64,000 nucleotides of DNA. Source: an uncultured Gammaproteobacteria bacterium. GTDB taxonomy: Bacteria > Patescibacteriota > Microgenomatia > UBA8517. The stretch lies in contig CAZWNZ010000001.1 in assembly GCA_964635715.1 (NCBI GenBank), positions 74,358 through 138,357 on the forward strand. Reading direction: 5' to 3'. The translations under genes were made by a program, and so were the position numbers. Numbering within the stretch: the stretch's first letter is position 1; each line of letters opens with the position of its first letter. The notes under the pieces are model-generated. The model had not been told where the DNA came from, did no database searches, and saw only the letters and a program-made list of their open reading frames with translations. Positions 45,336-53,453 of the stretch are shown here, piece after piece.

Positions 45336-48023
45336 TTATTTGCAGAAATAGTCTTCCGGTTTAACCCAGCGACCGTTCATTTGAAACTCAATGTGTAAAT
45401 GAGTATTTGATCCTTGGTTAAAAAGAGTGGTAATCTTTTGCCCCGACGTTACTGTTTTTGGAACTATTTTACTTGCAACGTGAGTAAGGACAATTGAATA
45501 TGAACCTGTAGTATCTTTATATATAACCGAAAAACCAACTCCGTTGTTGTTGAAGCTTCCGTCATAATTCCATACTACTTCTTTTCCTAAAACTGTCGGA
45601 GCATAGACGGTATTTATTCCAGAGGGGAATACGTCGAATGCATATCCGTAATACGAGCAGGCTGGAGAGTCGCAACCTGTTTGTTGAGGTAATGAGTATC
45701 TATAAGGGATTCCTCCCATCATATTCCAATAAGAAGTACTTCCATGGCCCGTGTTGGTGGCTGGATTGTAGGAAAAATTGTTTTGATTAAGAGGTACGGC
45801 TGCCGGGACAGGGCATGAAATGGGTGGGGTCCCAAAAGTAACCGACGCGCTTGTTTCTGCTGTTGTGCCGGTTACTTCTCCCGTATCCGCTGTCACAGTA
45901 ACAGTATCTATTATTGCCGAATTTGTAAAACTGTTGTCGTAAGTTGAAGTATAGGTAAACACATATGGAAGGGATGGTGATATTGAGTCTATCGTAGTTG
46001 GAGCGTCACTAATTGGAGGACAGTTTTTATTGGCCGTACTAATTACTTTGCAGTCGTATTTAATAGATATGTTTGTAAGGGCACTTCTCTTAGCCCTGAT
46101 TGTTATTTTATAAGTAATTGTCTTCGGAAGTTCTTTGTTTGTAAAAGGTCCGGGCGGCTCCGGAGTTTTAATAATATCAATATACGGATTAGACGTTCTT
46201 CCAAAAGTACTTTCAGACACGGGGACTACATAGGCTCCGGAGTTGATTATAAAAAGAATTAAGGCAACCACAATAGGCAAAGCAAATATGGTTATTAAAA
46301 TTGGCATGCCAATGGAAGAAAAGACTGCTCCCCCCAGAGCTGTAAAAAATCCCCCTATGCTTCCACCCACTACACCAAGAGAAGAAATTCTACCGGAAGC
46401 AAAACTTGCAAGAAAACCGGTGCCCACACCTAGGGCAACCGCTCCCGCTAAACCAATAAAAGGAGCTGTAATTAAGGCAATAACGGAACCTACTATGTAA
46501 GGAGCTGCTTTCTTAACTTTACTCCAATCAATTTTACTTGCAATAAAACCAATCACTGCTCCAATGGCTGTTCCAATAACTGGAACCACACTACCAGCAG
46601 CGGCGCCGGTGCCTGCGCCAGCCGCTCCTCCTGCGGCAGTTCCGACAGCTTTTCCTGCAAATGAACCAGCCAGCTTACCTGCTGTACTTGTGACAGCTTT
46701 TTTCCCAATCTTTTTACCGGCTACAGAGACTATCTTTTTTATTCCAAAATTTATACCGGTTTTCCCTCCGATAAAATTCAAAATCGGTCCGAAACCATTT
46801 TGTACAGCAATTCTTCCGAAAAAAGTTGTCCCTTCCCACGCAACAGCAGAGGTGCCCATTCCAAAATAGGACAAAGCACCCTGAACAGGTATAGAACTGT
46901 ATGTTTTGGCCAGTAAACTATCAACAGGTAATTTATCAATTAAACCATCCAGTCGCACAGAGGCCCTCCGTAAAATACTTGTTTTTATTTTGTCTATACC
47001 GAATTCTTTTACTTCCCCAAGGAAAGAACCTTGGTTATTAAGCAGGTCCAGATTGGTTTGAGGAATCTGGGACAAATTGTACTCATGGAAATCTGTCTGC
47101 GGTGAGTCAGAAAAGGTTATTTGTAGTTTATCGATCTCTTTGGGTCCAAAAACCACATTGGTAAAATTTTCTCCAAAAGTGGAAACAATCAGTTCACGAT
47201 TGAAAGAATACTTGGCAAAGTATTGATCCGAATTCTCTAAAGCAACGTTAATAAAATTTTGTCGGAGATTGATATCTGGTAATGTTTTTGTAATTAAGTC
47301 TTCATTTGTGGCAAATGCACTAGTAATAACAGTTTCTTCGGCCAGTGATTTGCCTTGGAGATTTTTTACCGTTTCGTATGCAGCCTCTTTGGCCAGAATG
47401 CGCATTTCTTCTTGTGTGGTGTTTTGCGGATTAGACAAAGAAATTTTGTTTTCGATTGTCTCGGTTATTTGGTCGACCAATCTTTTGGGGTCTGCTTTTG
47501 CGGCCTCTTTAAGTACGTCAATTTGTTTTGCTTGCTCATCGGATATTGGTGGGATTTCAGTACCCTCAACTTTTACATATGTCTTCGTGTTTTTTAGTTG
47601 ATCAAAAAGTTCTTGCCTTCTTTTAATTGAGGCCTCGACTTCTTTTTGAGCTTTTTGGATGGTTTCTTTAATCTCCGCCTCGCGTTTCTGTTGCTCCATT
47701 TCTTGGAGCTCACGCGTTTCTTTGTCGGGTAAATTGGACTCAACTGGTTTTTCTTCGTTTTGAGATCCTGAGACAATCCCTACCAAGGCTTTTTGAGCAT
47801 CATGAACTGTTAGCAATCTTTTTTGGGCGTCTTTTGCACTCAAATCTATTTGTACACCCGTCAGATTTTTAATAAAATTTACAAAAGATTGTCGATTTTT
47901 CCAATTGTATTCTCCAGAATAAAATGGCGTATCGGATGAATATATGGCGTCTTCCGGAAAAAAATGTCCAAAGGCCAACATTAAATCGTCCAGATTTTTT
48001 TGTGTAATACTAATTTTTGCCAT
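45336..48023 (-). CDS. Giant bifunctional protein: cytoplasmic coiled-coil N-domain, Gly/Ala-rich multi-TM block, extracellular M23 peptidase domain (candidate T4SS cell-wall hydrolase, VirB1/PrgK-type role)
   Basis: E/K-rich coiled coil; about 6 TM helices in a GAGTGAAAG-rich region (aa ~470-600); C-terminal M23 motifs (...AFDVFP... and SNTHLHIEFQMNG); 2 nt downstream of VirB4. Confidence 0.6.
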   Translation of the reverse strand: MAKISITQKNLDDLMLAFGHFFPEDAIYSSDTPFYSGEYNWKNRQSFVNFIKNLTGVQIDLSAKDAQKRLLTVHDAQKALVGIVSGSQNEEKPVESNLPDKETRELQEMEQQKREAEIKETIQKAQKEVEASIKRRQELFDQLKNTKTYVKVEGTEIPPISDEQAKQIDVLKEAAKADPKRLVDQITETIENKISLSNPQNTTQEEMRILAKEAAYETVKNLQGKSLAEETVITSAFATNEDLITKTLPDINLRQNFINVALENSDQYFAKYSFNRELIVSTFGENFTNVVFGPKEIDKLQITFSDSPQTDFHEYNLSQIPQTNLDLLNNQGSFLGEVKEFGIDKIKTSILRRASVRLDGLIDKLPVDSLLAKTYSSIPVQGALSYFGMGTSAVAWEGTTFFGRIAVQNGFGPILNFIGGKTGINFGIKKIVSVAGKKIGKKAVTSTAGKLAGSFAGKAVGTAAGGAAGAGTGAAAGSVVPVIGTAIGAVIGFIASKIDWSKVKKAAPYIVGSVIALITAPFIGLAGAVALGVGTGFLASFASGRISSLGVVGGSIGGFFTALGGAVFSSIGMPILITIFALPIVVALILFIINSGAYVVPVSESTFGRTSNPYIDIIKTPEPPGPFTNKELPKTITYKITIRAKRSALTNISIKYDCKVISTANKNCPPISDAPTTIDSISPSLPYVFTYTSTYDNSFTNSAIIDTVTVTADTGEVTGTTAETSASVTFGTPPISCPVPAAVPLNQNNFSYNPATNTGHGSTSYWNMMGGIPYRYSLPQQTGCDSPACSYYGYAFDVFPSGINTVYAPTVLGKEVVWNYDGSFNNNGVGFSVIYKDTTGSYSIVLTHVASKIVPKTVTSGQKITTLFNQGSNTHLHIEFQMNGRWVKPEDYFCK

Positions 48024-48025
48024 AA

Positions 48026-49894
48026 TTATTTGTCAGCGTATGGATTGGTGTTTACCTTCACAACTTCCTGTGGTTTAGTTGTAATTAATCTGTTTTCTTC
48101 TTCCGAAGCAACAATTCTAATTGGGGCATGGTGTGGCCCTGCAAAGAAAATGCCTTCTCCAACATTGGCTGCAAGAAGAAGCCTTTTTTCTCCTTGGGAC
48201 AAATAGAAGACCTCGCCAATCTTATCAATTGCGGCAGGGGATTGCTTTAAGAGAAGCTGCATGGCGCTATTTGTGACAATAGCCTTTCCAATGTCCTGTC
48301 CGAGGAAGTCCTCGACGTCCTGAGTGATTGTAGTGAGTCCTAGATAGTATTTACGGGCCCTTTTAACAACACTCCATAAAAATTGGGCAGTATCGGGATA
48401 TCTCATCATGTGCCAAGCTTCATCTACAATCAAAATTCTTCTCTTGAGATTCTTTTTAACCCTAGTCCAAATATAGTCGAGAATAATAAACATGGCGATT
48501 GGGCGAATGGCGTCCTGCATATCTTTAACAGAAAACACAGTGAAGGGATTGATAATGTTAATGTTAGTTTGTTGATCGAAAATTCCTACAAAGCTTCCTC
48601 TAACAAATTTTTCAAGTCTGGCGGCAAGATCCAGAGCTTCAGGTGATTCCATGCCGATCAGGGTTTTGTAAAGATCTTCCATGAGAGGGGGTTCTTTGCC
48701 TTGGGTCTCGGGATCCATAGTAATTCCTTTGGCCCGATAAGTCATTATTAAGGCACGGTCAAGCAATGCCTCCTGAATTGGGGTGATTGCCCCCATAATC
48801 ACTTTCATTAGGGAATGAAGAGAAAGTATTTTTAGTCCAAGCTGATTTTCACCCTCTTCACGGATTTGGGACAGATCAAAAGGATTAATTTTTGCCTGGG
48901 AATTGTAGGAGAATGATATATATTCACCACCCACCGCTTCGGCTATAGATTTATATTCGCTTTCAGGATCAATAACTATTGTTTCGACCCCTGTCATGAG
49001 CGACCTTAGCGCCTCAAGTTTAACAAAATAGGATTTACCGGCTCCCGATGTTGCAAAAATTGTCATGTTGGCATTTTGCAGGCTAAACCTATCAAAAATA
49101 ATAAAAGATTCGTTTTGAGAATTCATTCCATAGAGAACACCTCTGTCACTTGAAAGTTCGGTTGAGGTTAGGGGAAAAGTTGTGGCAACCGATGTGGTAT
49201 CCATATTTCTGGTGATGTTAAGGCGGTCGATGCCAAACGGGGCAGTTGCCAAAAACCCCTCTGACATATTTAGCATGGCATGTTTGCTGACAATCATAAG
49301 GGATCCAAGTTGAGATTCGACCTGTTTAGTTATTTGATTCAGTTCCTCAACGGAATTTGCAGGGATTGTAATGTAAAAACCAAATTCGTAAAATCTTTCA
49401 ATTCCTTTAACTAATTGTTCCTGCAGCGCCTGAGCATCCTCTAATTTTGCCTGTGTCACCGGATCAACCAGTTTTCCCCGTTCGATATCTGTGGTCATTT
49501 CAGCTTCCATTTCGGCGATTTTTCGCCTTAGATCATCAAGAACGCTCTTTCCGTCGACTGGATAGATATAAAAAGAAATATCCAAAGAGGTATCAATATT
49601 GACTACGGGTTCGAGCCACCCCGGGGCGACAAATCTTGGATATCCACCGACAAAAATTGTCCTGAAATAGACATCGTTGACTTTGATATAGTCAAAATCA
49701 ACCTCAACCGATTGGGGTGAAATTACATCAAGTAGGTTCATTCCCTGATTCATAACCGAATAGGCGGCTGAAACAACCGGAGGCTTAACCTCCGTATTAG
49801 AATCTTGAATCTTGAATCTTGAATCTTGAGACGTGGAGCCTAAATCCTGATCTGCAGGTTTTATATTTGGTGTTTTTGTAATATTGTTTTGCAT
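48026..49894 (-). CDS. VirB4/TrbE/CagE-family T4SS ATPase, C-terminal ~620 aa (middle plus ATPase domains)
   Basis: Walker A IFATSGAGKSYFVKLE, Walker B ILIVDEAWHMM (the hhhhDEAW typical of VirB4), mid-domain KVNDVYFRTIFVGGYPRFVAPGWL. Confidence 0.8.
   Translation of the reverse strand: MQNNITKTPNIKPADQDLGSTSQDSRFKIQDSNTEVKPPVVSAAYSVMNQGMNLLDVISPQSVEVDFDYIKVNDVYFRTIFVGGYPRFVAPGWLEPVVNIDTSLDISFYIYPVDGKSVLDDLRRKIAEMEAEMTTDIERGKLVDPVTQAKLEDAQALQEQLVKGIERFYEFGFYITIPANSVEELNQITKQVESQLGSLMIVSKHAMLNMSEGFLATAPFGIDRLNITRNMDTTSVATTFPLTSTELSSDRGVLYGMNSQNESFIIFDRFSLQNANMTIFATSGAGKSYFVKLEALRSLMTGVETIVIDPESEYKSIAEAVGGEYISFSYNSQAKINPFDLSQIREEGENQLGLKILSLHSLMKVIMGAITPIQEALLDRALIMTYRAKGITMDPETQGKEPPLMEDLYKTLIGMESPEALDLAARLEKFVRGSFVGIFDQQTNINIINPFTVFSVKDMQDAIRPIAMFIILDYIWTRVKKNLKRRILIVDEAWHMMRYPDTAQFLWSVVKRARKYYLGLTTITQDVEDFLGQDIGKAIVTNSAMQLLLKQSPAAIDKIGEVFYLSQGEKRLLLAANVGEGIFFAGPHHAPIRIVASEEENRLITTKPQEVVKVNTNPYADK
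49800..49827. repeat. Four perfect GAATCTT heptamers at the 5' end of the VirB4 ATPase ORF
   Basis: gaatcttgaatcttgaatcttgaatctt; encodes QDSRFKIQDS at codons ~23-32. Confidence 0.7.
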
Positions 49895-49898
49895 ATTT

Positions 49899-49930
49899 TC
49901 TAGATTCTAGCTACTAACTACTAGATTCTT
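49899..49930. repeat. CTAG-rich heptamer array (TCTAGAT TCTAGCT ACTAACT ACTAGAT) in the 19-nt gap separating the two VirB4 ORFs
   Basis: Provides TAG stops on the coding (minus) strand between 49914..50648 and 48026..49894. Confidence 0.6.
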
Positions 49931-50648
49931 GTTTGTCCAATATAACTTCCGGTTCTTTTTTAACAGCCGGCTTCTCGGGATTGTAAATGGAATAGTAAAG
50001 ATTGATAAGCTCAGGTGTGGTAAGTTGTTTGAATTTCAGTCCCAATCTCCCTGCCTGGCGGATCAAGTGGTCGCGTCTTGGATAAAGGGTGATTTTTGCT
50101 TTCTTAATAACGTACGATTTCGGAAATGGCAGGGGTCCTCCTCCTTTGGTAATCGCGGCTACAGATTTGGCAATACCAAGTTCAAGGGGGGATAAATAAA
50201 GGATAACAAAAAATCTTTTACCCAAAACATTTTTCTTTTTAACGGATTCACTGATAAAGTTCCGGTAGTTTTGCATCAAGTTGGAGAGTAGCGGTTGGGT
50301 CATTTTTTTTGCCTGTTCATCGAGAAAATTCAGATAGGATGAAATATCTTTTTTCTGTGTCAGAACTACAATCTGTGTAGAAAAAGTCAGAGAGTTTATC
50401 ATGGCTGCATAGGCTGCAATTACCGCCTCTTGTTCTTTTTCTGAAAGGAGACCAAAGTTTAAAGAAGTAGATTCCATAATGAGTGAGGCGCCGCCATCTT
50501 TATAGATAACAATGTCGTTTGTTATATCCGCAACCGGCACGAAATCCTGTGTTGTGGCCGTAAGCGGTTTGTCGGGAACACTCAGGAAAGGAATCTTAAG
50601 TTTAGAATTTTGAATCTTGAATTTTGAATCTTGAATTTTACTATTCAT
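49914..50648 (-). CDS. VirB4 N-terminal-domain-like protein (separate ORF; apparent split of the VirB4 gene)
   Basis: DITNDIVIYKDGGASLIMESTSLNFGLLSEKEQEAVIAAYAAMINSL resembles the N-terminal region of monoderm-type VirB4 ATPases (tentative, by eye); 244 + 622 aa equals the usual VirB4 length; 5' end carries the heptamer-encoded MNSKIQDSKFKIQNSKLKIP. Confidence 0.5.
   Translation of the reverse strand: MNSKIQDSKFKIQNSKLKIPFLSVPDKPLTATTQDFVPVADITNDIVIYKDGGASLIMESTSLNFGLLSEKEQEAVIAAYAAMINSLTFSTQIVVLTQKKDISSYLNFLDEQAKKMTQPLLSNLMQNYRNFISESVKKKNVLGKRFFVILYLSPLELGIAKSVAAITKGGGPLPFPKSYVIKKAKITLYPRRDHLIRQAGRLGLKFKQLTTPELINLYYSIYNPEKPAVKKEPEVILDKQESSS
50591..50639. repeat. Seven-unit heptamer array (GAATCTT/GAATTTT alternating) at the 5' end of the VirB4-N ORF
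   Basis: gaatcttaagtttagaattttgaatcttgaattttgaatcttgaatttt. Confidence 0.65.
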
Positions 50649-51016
50649 TTTATTAGTTTTGATTTTTTAATCAGCCCATTTAATATTTTCAAAGTAATTA
50701 CGGATTGATCATATAAATGATCGAACTCCTTTTGTCCAATAAATTTGACATCTCGGGATATGATTAGTTGGTTTTGCAATTCGGTAATAGACCCTGCTGA
50801 GATTCTAAAGAACTGCAATTTTTCTTTATAGGAATATCTACTAAATCCTTCAGCAATATTGCTTGTTATTGAAACTGCACAACGCCTCATTTGATTTGTA
50901 ATTCCAAACATCTCAGATTTCGGAAAATTACCAGTCACTTCGTAGATGCCAATAACAAGTTGATGCCCTTCTTTCCAGGCATTTAAATCAGTAAAATTAA
51001 TAATTTTATTTTCCAT
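50645..51016 (-). CDS. Four-helix-bundle protein (TIGR02436 / 23S rRNA-IVS protein / Avd family)
   Basis: ITNQMRRCAVSITSNIAEGFSRYSYKEKLQFFRISAGSITELQNQLIISRD is a textbook family signature; ATGA-coupled to VirB4-N and abutting the stop of the upstream gene. Confidence 0.8.
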   Translation of the reverse strand: MENKIINFTDLNAWKEGHQLVIGIYEVTGNFPKSEMFGITNQMRRCAVSITSNIAEGFSRYSYKEKLQFFRISAGSITELQNQLIISRDVKFIGQKEFDHLYDQSVITLKILNGLIKKSKLIK

Positions 51017-52108
51017 TTAATTTAATGGTGTTCCACTAGATTCGAGATTCAAGATACTAGATTCTACTTGTAGTCTTTTTCCTGTAACAAGTATTGGTGG
51101 AATTATCTCTCCCTTAGCCTCAAAATTGACGGGCATAAATTGATAACCGTCCTTTTCGCTGATAATGCTGTATTTCCCGTTTTCGAGAGGTGTGACTGCC
51201 ATAAAATGGCCAAGCTTGTTGCTTCTGAGAGCCCTTATTGGTCTTCCATATTCATCTCGTATTTCGATTATTGCGCTTTCTATTATTCTTCTGGCCTCAT
51301 CGACAACTTGTCCGACAATAACATTTGGACTGGTTGGGGGATTGGGCGGTGTGGCATCGATCGAGAATATCGCCTCTTTTGTAGACACTATTTCCTCACC
51401 GACGACTGTCGGATTGACTTGCTGAGTTTGGAATTGTGCTGTTTGGTCAATGATTTTTGGTTTTTCCTCCACAACAAGATGGGAGGTCTGTGGTGAAACA
51501 ATTTTAACAGGGTTGCTTACCGGAATTTCAAGTTTTTTAGGTTCAGTAGAAGCTACAGGTTGGTTGGTTGGTTGGGCTACTGTCGTAGCCAGTGGTGTTT
51601 TAATACCCGCAAGTATGCCGGCTAGTTTGGAAAAAAAACCTTGTTCAGCAACCTCGAGTTTGGCAAGTGGTCCTTGCGGAGACCTGGAGCTGTCAAGATA
51701 GTTTTTAACAGCCGCATCCTGATTTTGTGTTTGAGAATTTGGGATGTTTGAGGACGGACTTTCGTCCTGAAAAAATTTCCGGATACCTGTTGTTTTTTTC
51801 CAGTGGAAAGTAGTAGGAGAATAAATTGCTTTAAAGAAAGCCAGGATCCACTGTTCCAGTGGGCGTTCCTCAAGAGGAACAAAAGCCATAGCAGCTCCAA
51901 GAATGACAAATATAATTATAAAAGGCCATTTAATAATTCCCGGAAGGGGGGTTGCGTAAAATATCAAACCAACTAATACGCCCCCCGCAAGTTCAAAGAA
52001 TTGCTTAAGAGTCATATCTCCAACCAATTTGAATTGGTAAGAACTTACGTTTTGTGGTATCGGATGTTGTTCCATGCTCTTGAGCAGGGCGAAAGAGCAC
52101 AAAAGCAA
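51017..52108 (-). CDS. VirB3/PrgI-like two-TM membrane protein with a long Q/P/T-rich extension and C-terminal beta domain (tentative)
   Basis: TM hairpin FFELAGGVLVGLIFYATPLPGIIKWPFIIIFVILGAAMAFVPLEERP in the position VirB3 usually occupies upstream of VirB4. Confidence 0.4.
   Translation of the reverse strand: MLLCSFALLKSMEQHPIPQNVSSYQFKLVGDMTLKQFFELAGGVLVGLIFYATPLPGIIKWPFIIIFVILGAAMAFVPLEERPLEQWILAFFKAIYSPTTFHWKKTTGIRKFFQDESPSSNIPNSQTQNQDAAVKNYLDSSRSPQGPLAKLEVAEQGFFSKLAGILAGIKTPLATTVAQPTNQPVASTEPKKLEIPVSNPVKIVSPQTSHLVVEEKPKIIDQTAQFQTQQVNPTVVGEEIVSTKEAIFSIDATPPNPPTSPNVIVGQVVDEARRIIESAIIEIRDEYGRPIRALRSNKLGHFMAVTPLENGKYSIISEKDGYQFMPVNFEAKGEIIPPILVTGKRLQVESSILNLESSGTPLN
51038..51065. repeat. 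Heptamer array (AGATTCG AGATTCA AGATACT AGATTCT), opposite orientation to the array at 50591..50639
   Basis: agattcgagattcaagatactagattct; lies in the 3' end of the upstream CDS. Confidence 0.55.
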
Positions 52109-52193
52109 AGCTTTTTGAGTCTTACCCTATACTTTTAAGACTATCCCGTGAAGGGGGTAATTCAAGGGGAAACCTTTTTCACAAGGACTAAAC

Positions 52194-52784
52194 CTAGTTG
52201 GCACTACAACAACAGCAACCCACATCACTATCATGATCGCTGCTACTATAGCTAGAATTGCTGTCATACACTTTTCTAGAAGGATCTATGTATGCCTTGG
52301 CCAACACCTCTTCAAGTTTATTAGCATTTTGCCAGTCTTGTTTTTGTAGACAAACCAATGCCTGTGCGTTAATGGATATGGATTCGTTGTCGGGAGCAAT
52401 TTGAATCTCTATAGATGAATAGTCATAACTACCCGTATGGTTTGAATCAACCTTTCCGTCGGCCCCAATTTTAAAAGATGTTCCCCAAACAAGTGCGATT
52501 CTACCTGTAGATGCAACATATTTTAGTTGATGGCTTTTAACATTACCATCAAGCATCTCTTTATCTATTCTTTCAAGGCAGTGAAGGATATTACTACTTC
52601 CGACAATTTCATTATTTTTAGAAATTACAAATTGAAGTCTTCTTTCCTCAGCTTCCTTTTCAAGCCTCTTCTTTTCTTCGTTAGCCAACCTTTCTTTTTC
52701 GAGGACCTCCTGACGGGCTTTTTCCTGTCTGGCAGCCTCCTCAGCTCTTTCCTGTTGAATACGCTTTATTATTTCAATTGGCAT
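52194..52784 (-). CDS. Hypothetical protein with coiled-coil N-terminus and Ser/Cys-rich C-terminal tail; candidate YcaO/SagB substrate
   Basis: Ends ...YDSNSSYSSSDHDSDVGCCCCSAN; lies immediately downstream of the SagB-type dehydrogenase in the same operon. Confidence 0.4.
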   Translation of the reverse strand: MPIEIIKRIQQERAEEAARQEKARQEVLEKERLANEEKKRLEKEAEERRLQFVISKNNEIVGSSNILHCLERIDKEMLDGNVKSHQLKYVASTGRIALVWGTSFKIGADGKVDSNHTGSYDYSSIEIQIAPDNESISINAQALVCLQKQDWQNANKLEEVLAKAYIDPSRKVYDSNSSYSSSDHDSDVGCCCCSAN

Positions 52785-52818
52785 ATTTGGCTGTATTATA
52801 TGTCTACAACAATAAAAG

Positions 52819-53451
52819 TCAAGCTCCTATAGCCAAATAGTATATTGGATATTCCTCACGGGGATTTATGTCGAGGAGTTTAATTAGCGGCTTTTCGTTT
52901 AACATTCCAATTGCACAACATCCGATTCCAAGACTCGTTGACAGTAAATATATATTTTGCGCAACATGCCCAGCTTCAATATAAGGAAAATACATCCCTC
53001 TTTCTTTATATTTATCTGTGGTTCTATGAAATACAGAAGTAAGAATTATCAAAACAGAAGCTTTTTTGAACCATAACTGTTTTGTCATCCAGATCTGATC
53101 AATATCCTTGGTTGCCATTTTTCTGTGTAGAATTTCTAACCCATGACTAATTGGATTGTAGTGATATAAACCTTGCCTAATATTTCCGCCTTTCATGACA
53201 AGTATATAAGCCTCGAGCGGATATTTTGCGCCAGCAGATGGATAAACACGAAAGGGGTTTTTTTCTTCATAAGGATTTTGTCTAATTGCCGCTAGACTGT
53301 GGTATAGAATATCAGACAAAGTCTTTTTGCCCACCGTTTTTCCTGTAAAGTTCCTAGATGATGTTCTACTTTTTATGATTTTTCTTAATTCTCCGGCCGT
53401 ATTTGTTCGGGGGAGTGGTATTTTTTCTAACCTGGAATAAGTTTTGTGCAT
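52819..53451 (-). CDS. SagB-type (nitroreductase-fold, FMN) dehydrogenase of azoline/azole RiPP pathways
   Basis: RTSSRNF...YPSAGAKYPLEAYILV...GLYHYNP...KYKERGMYFPYIEAGHVAQNIYLLSTSLGIGCCAIG matches the TIGR03605 SagB-type pattern. Confidence 0.7.
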   Translation of the reverse strand: MHKTYSRLEKIPLPRTNTAGELRKIIKSRTSSRNFTGKTVGKKTLSDILYHSLAAIRQNPYEEKNPFRVYPSAGAKYPLEAYILVMKGGNIRQGLYHYNPISHGLEILHRKMATKDIDQIWMTKQLWFKKASVLIILTSVFHRTTDKYKERGMYFPYIEAGHVAQNIYLLSTSLGIGCCAIGMLNEKPLIKLLDINPREEYPIYYLAIGA

Positions 53452-53453
53452 AC

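Noticed and set aside
46243-46869. Plus-strand ORFs 46243..46500 and 46564..46869 rich in P/A/V
   Set aside because: They are the antisense reading of the Gly/Ala-rich TM block of the M23 giant protein (GC-rich codons keep the opposite strand open)
50645-51016. Avd-like four-helix-bundle gene as evidence of a diversity-generating retroelement
   Set aside because: No reverse transcriptase ORF and no template/variable repeat pair is detectable anywhere in the window
52194-52784. C-terminal CCCC as a lipidation/palmitoylation or metal-binding tail rather than a RiPP core
   Set aside because: Not fully rejected. The RiPP-substrate reading is retained only because of the immediate YcaO-SagB context; the alternative is noted in the finding
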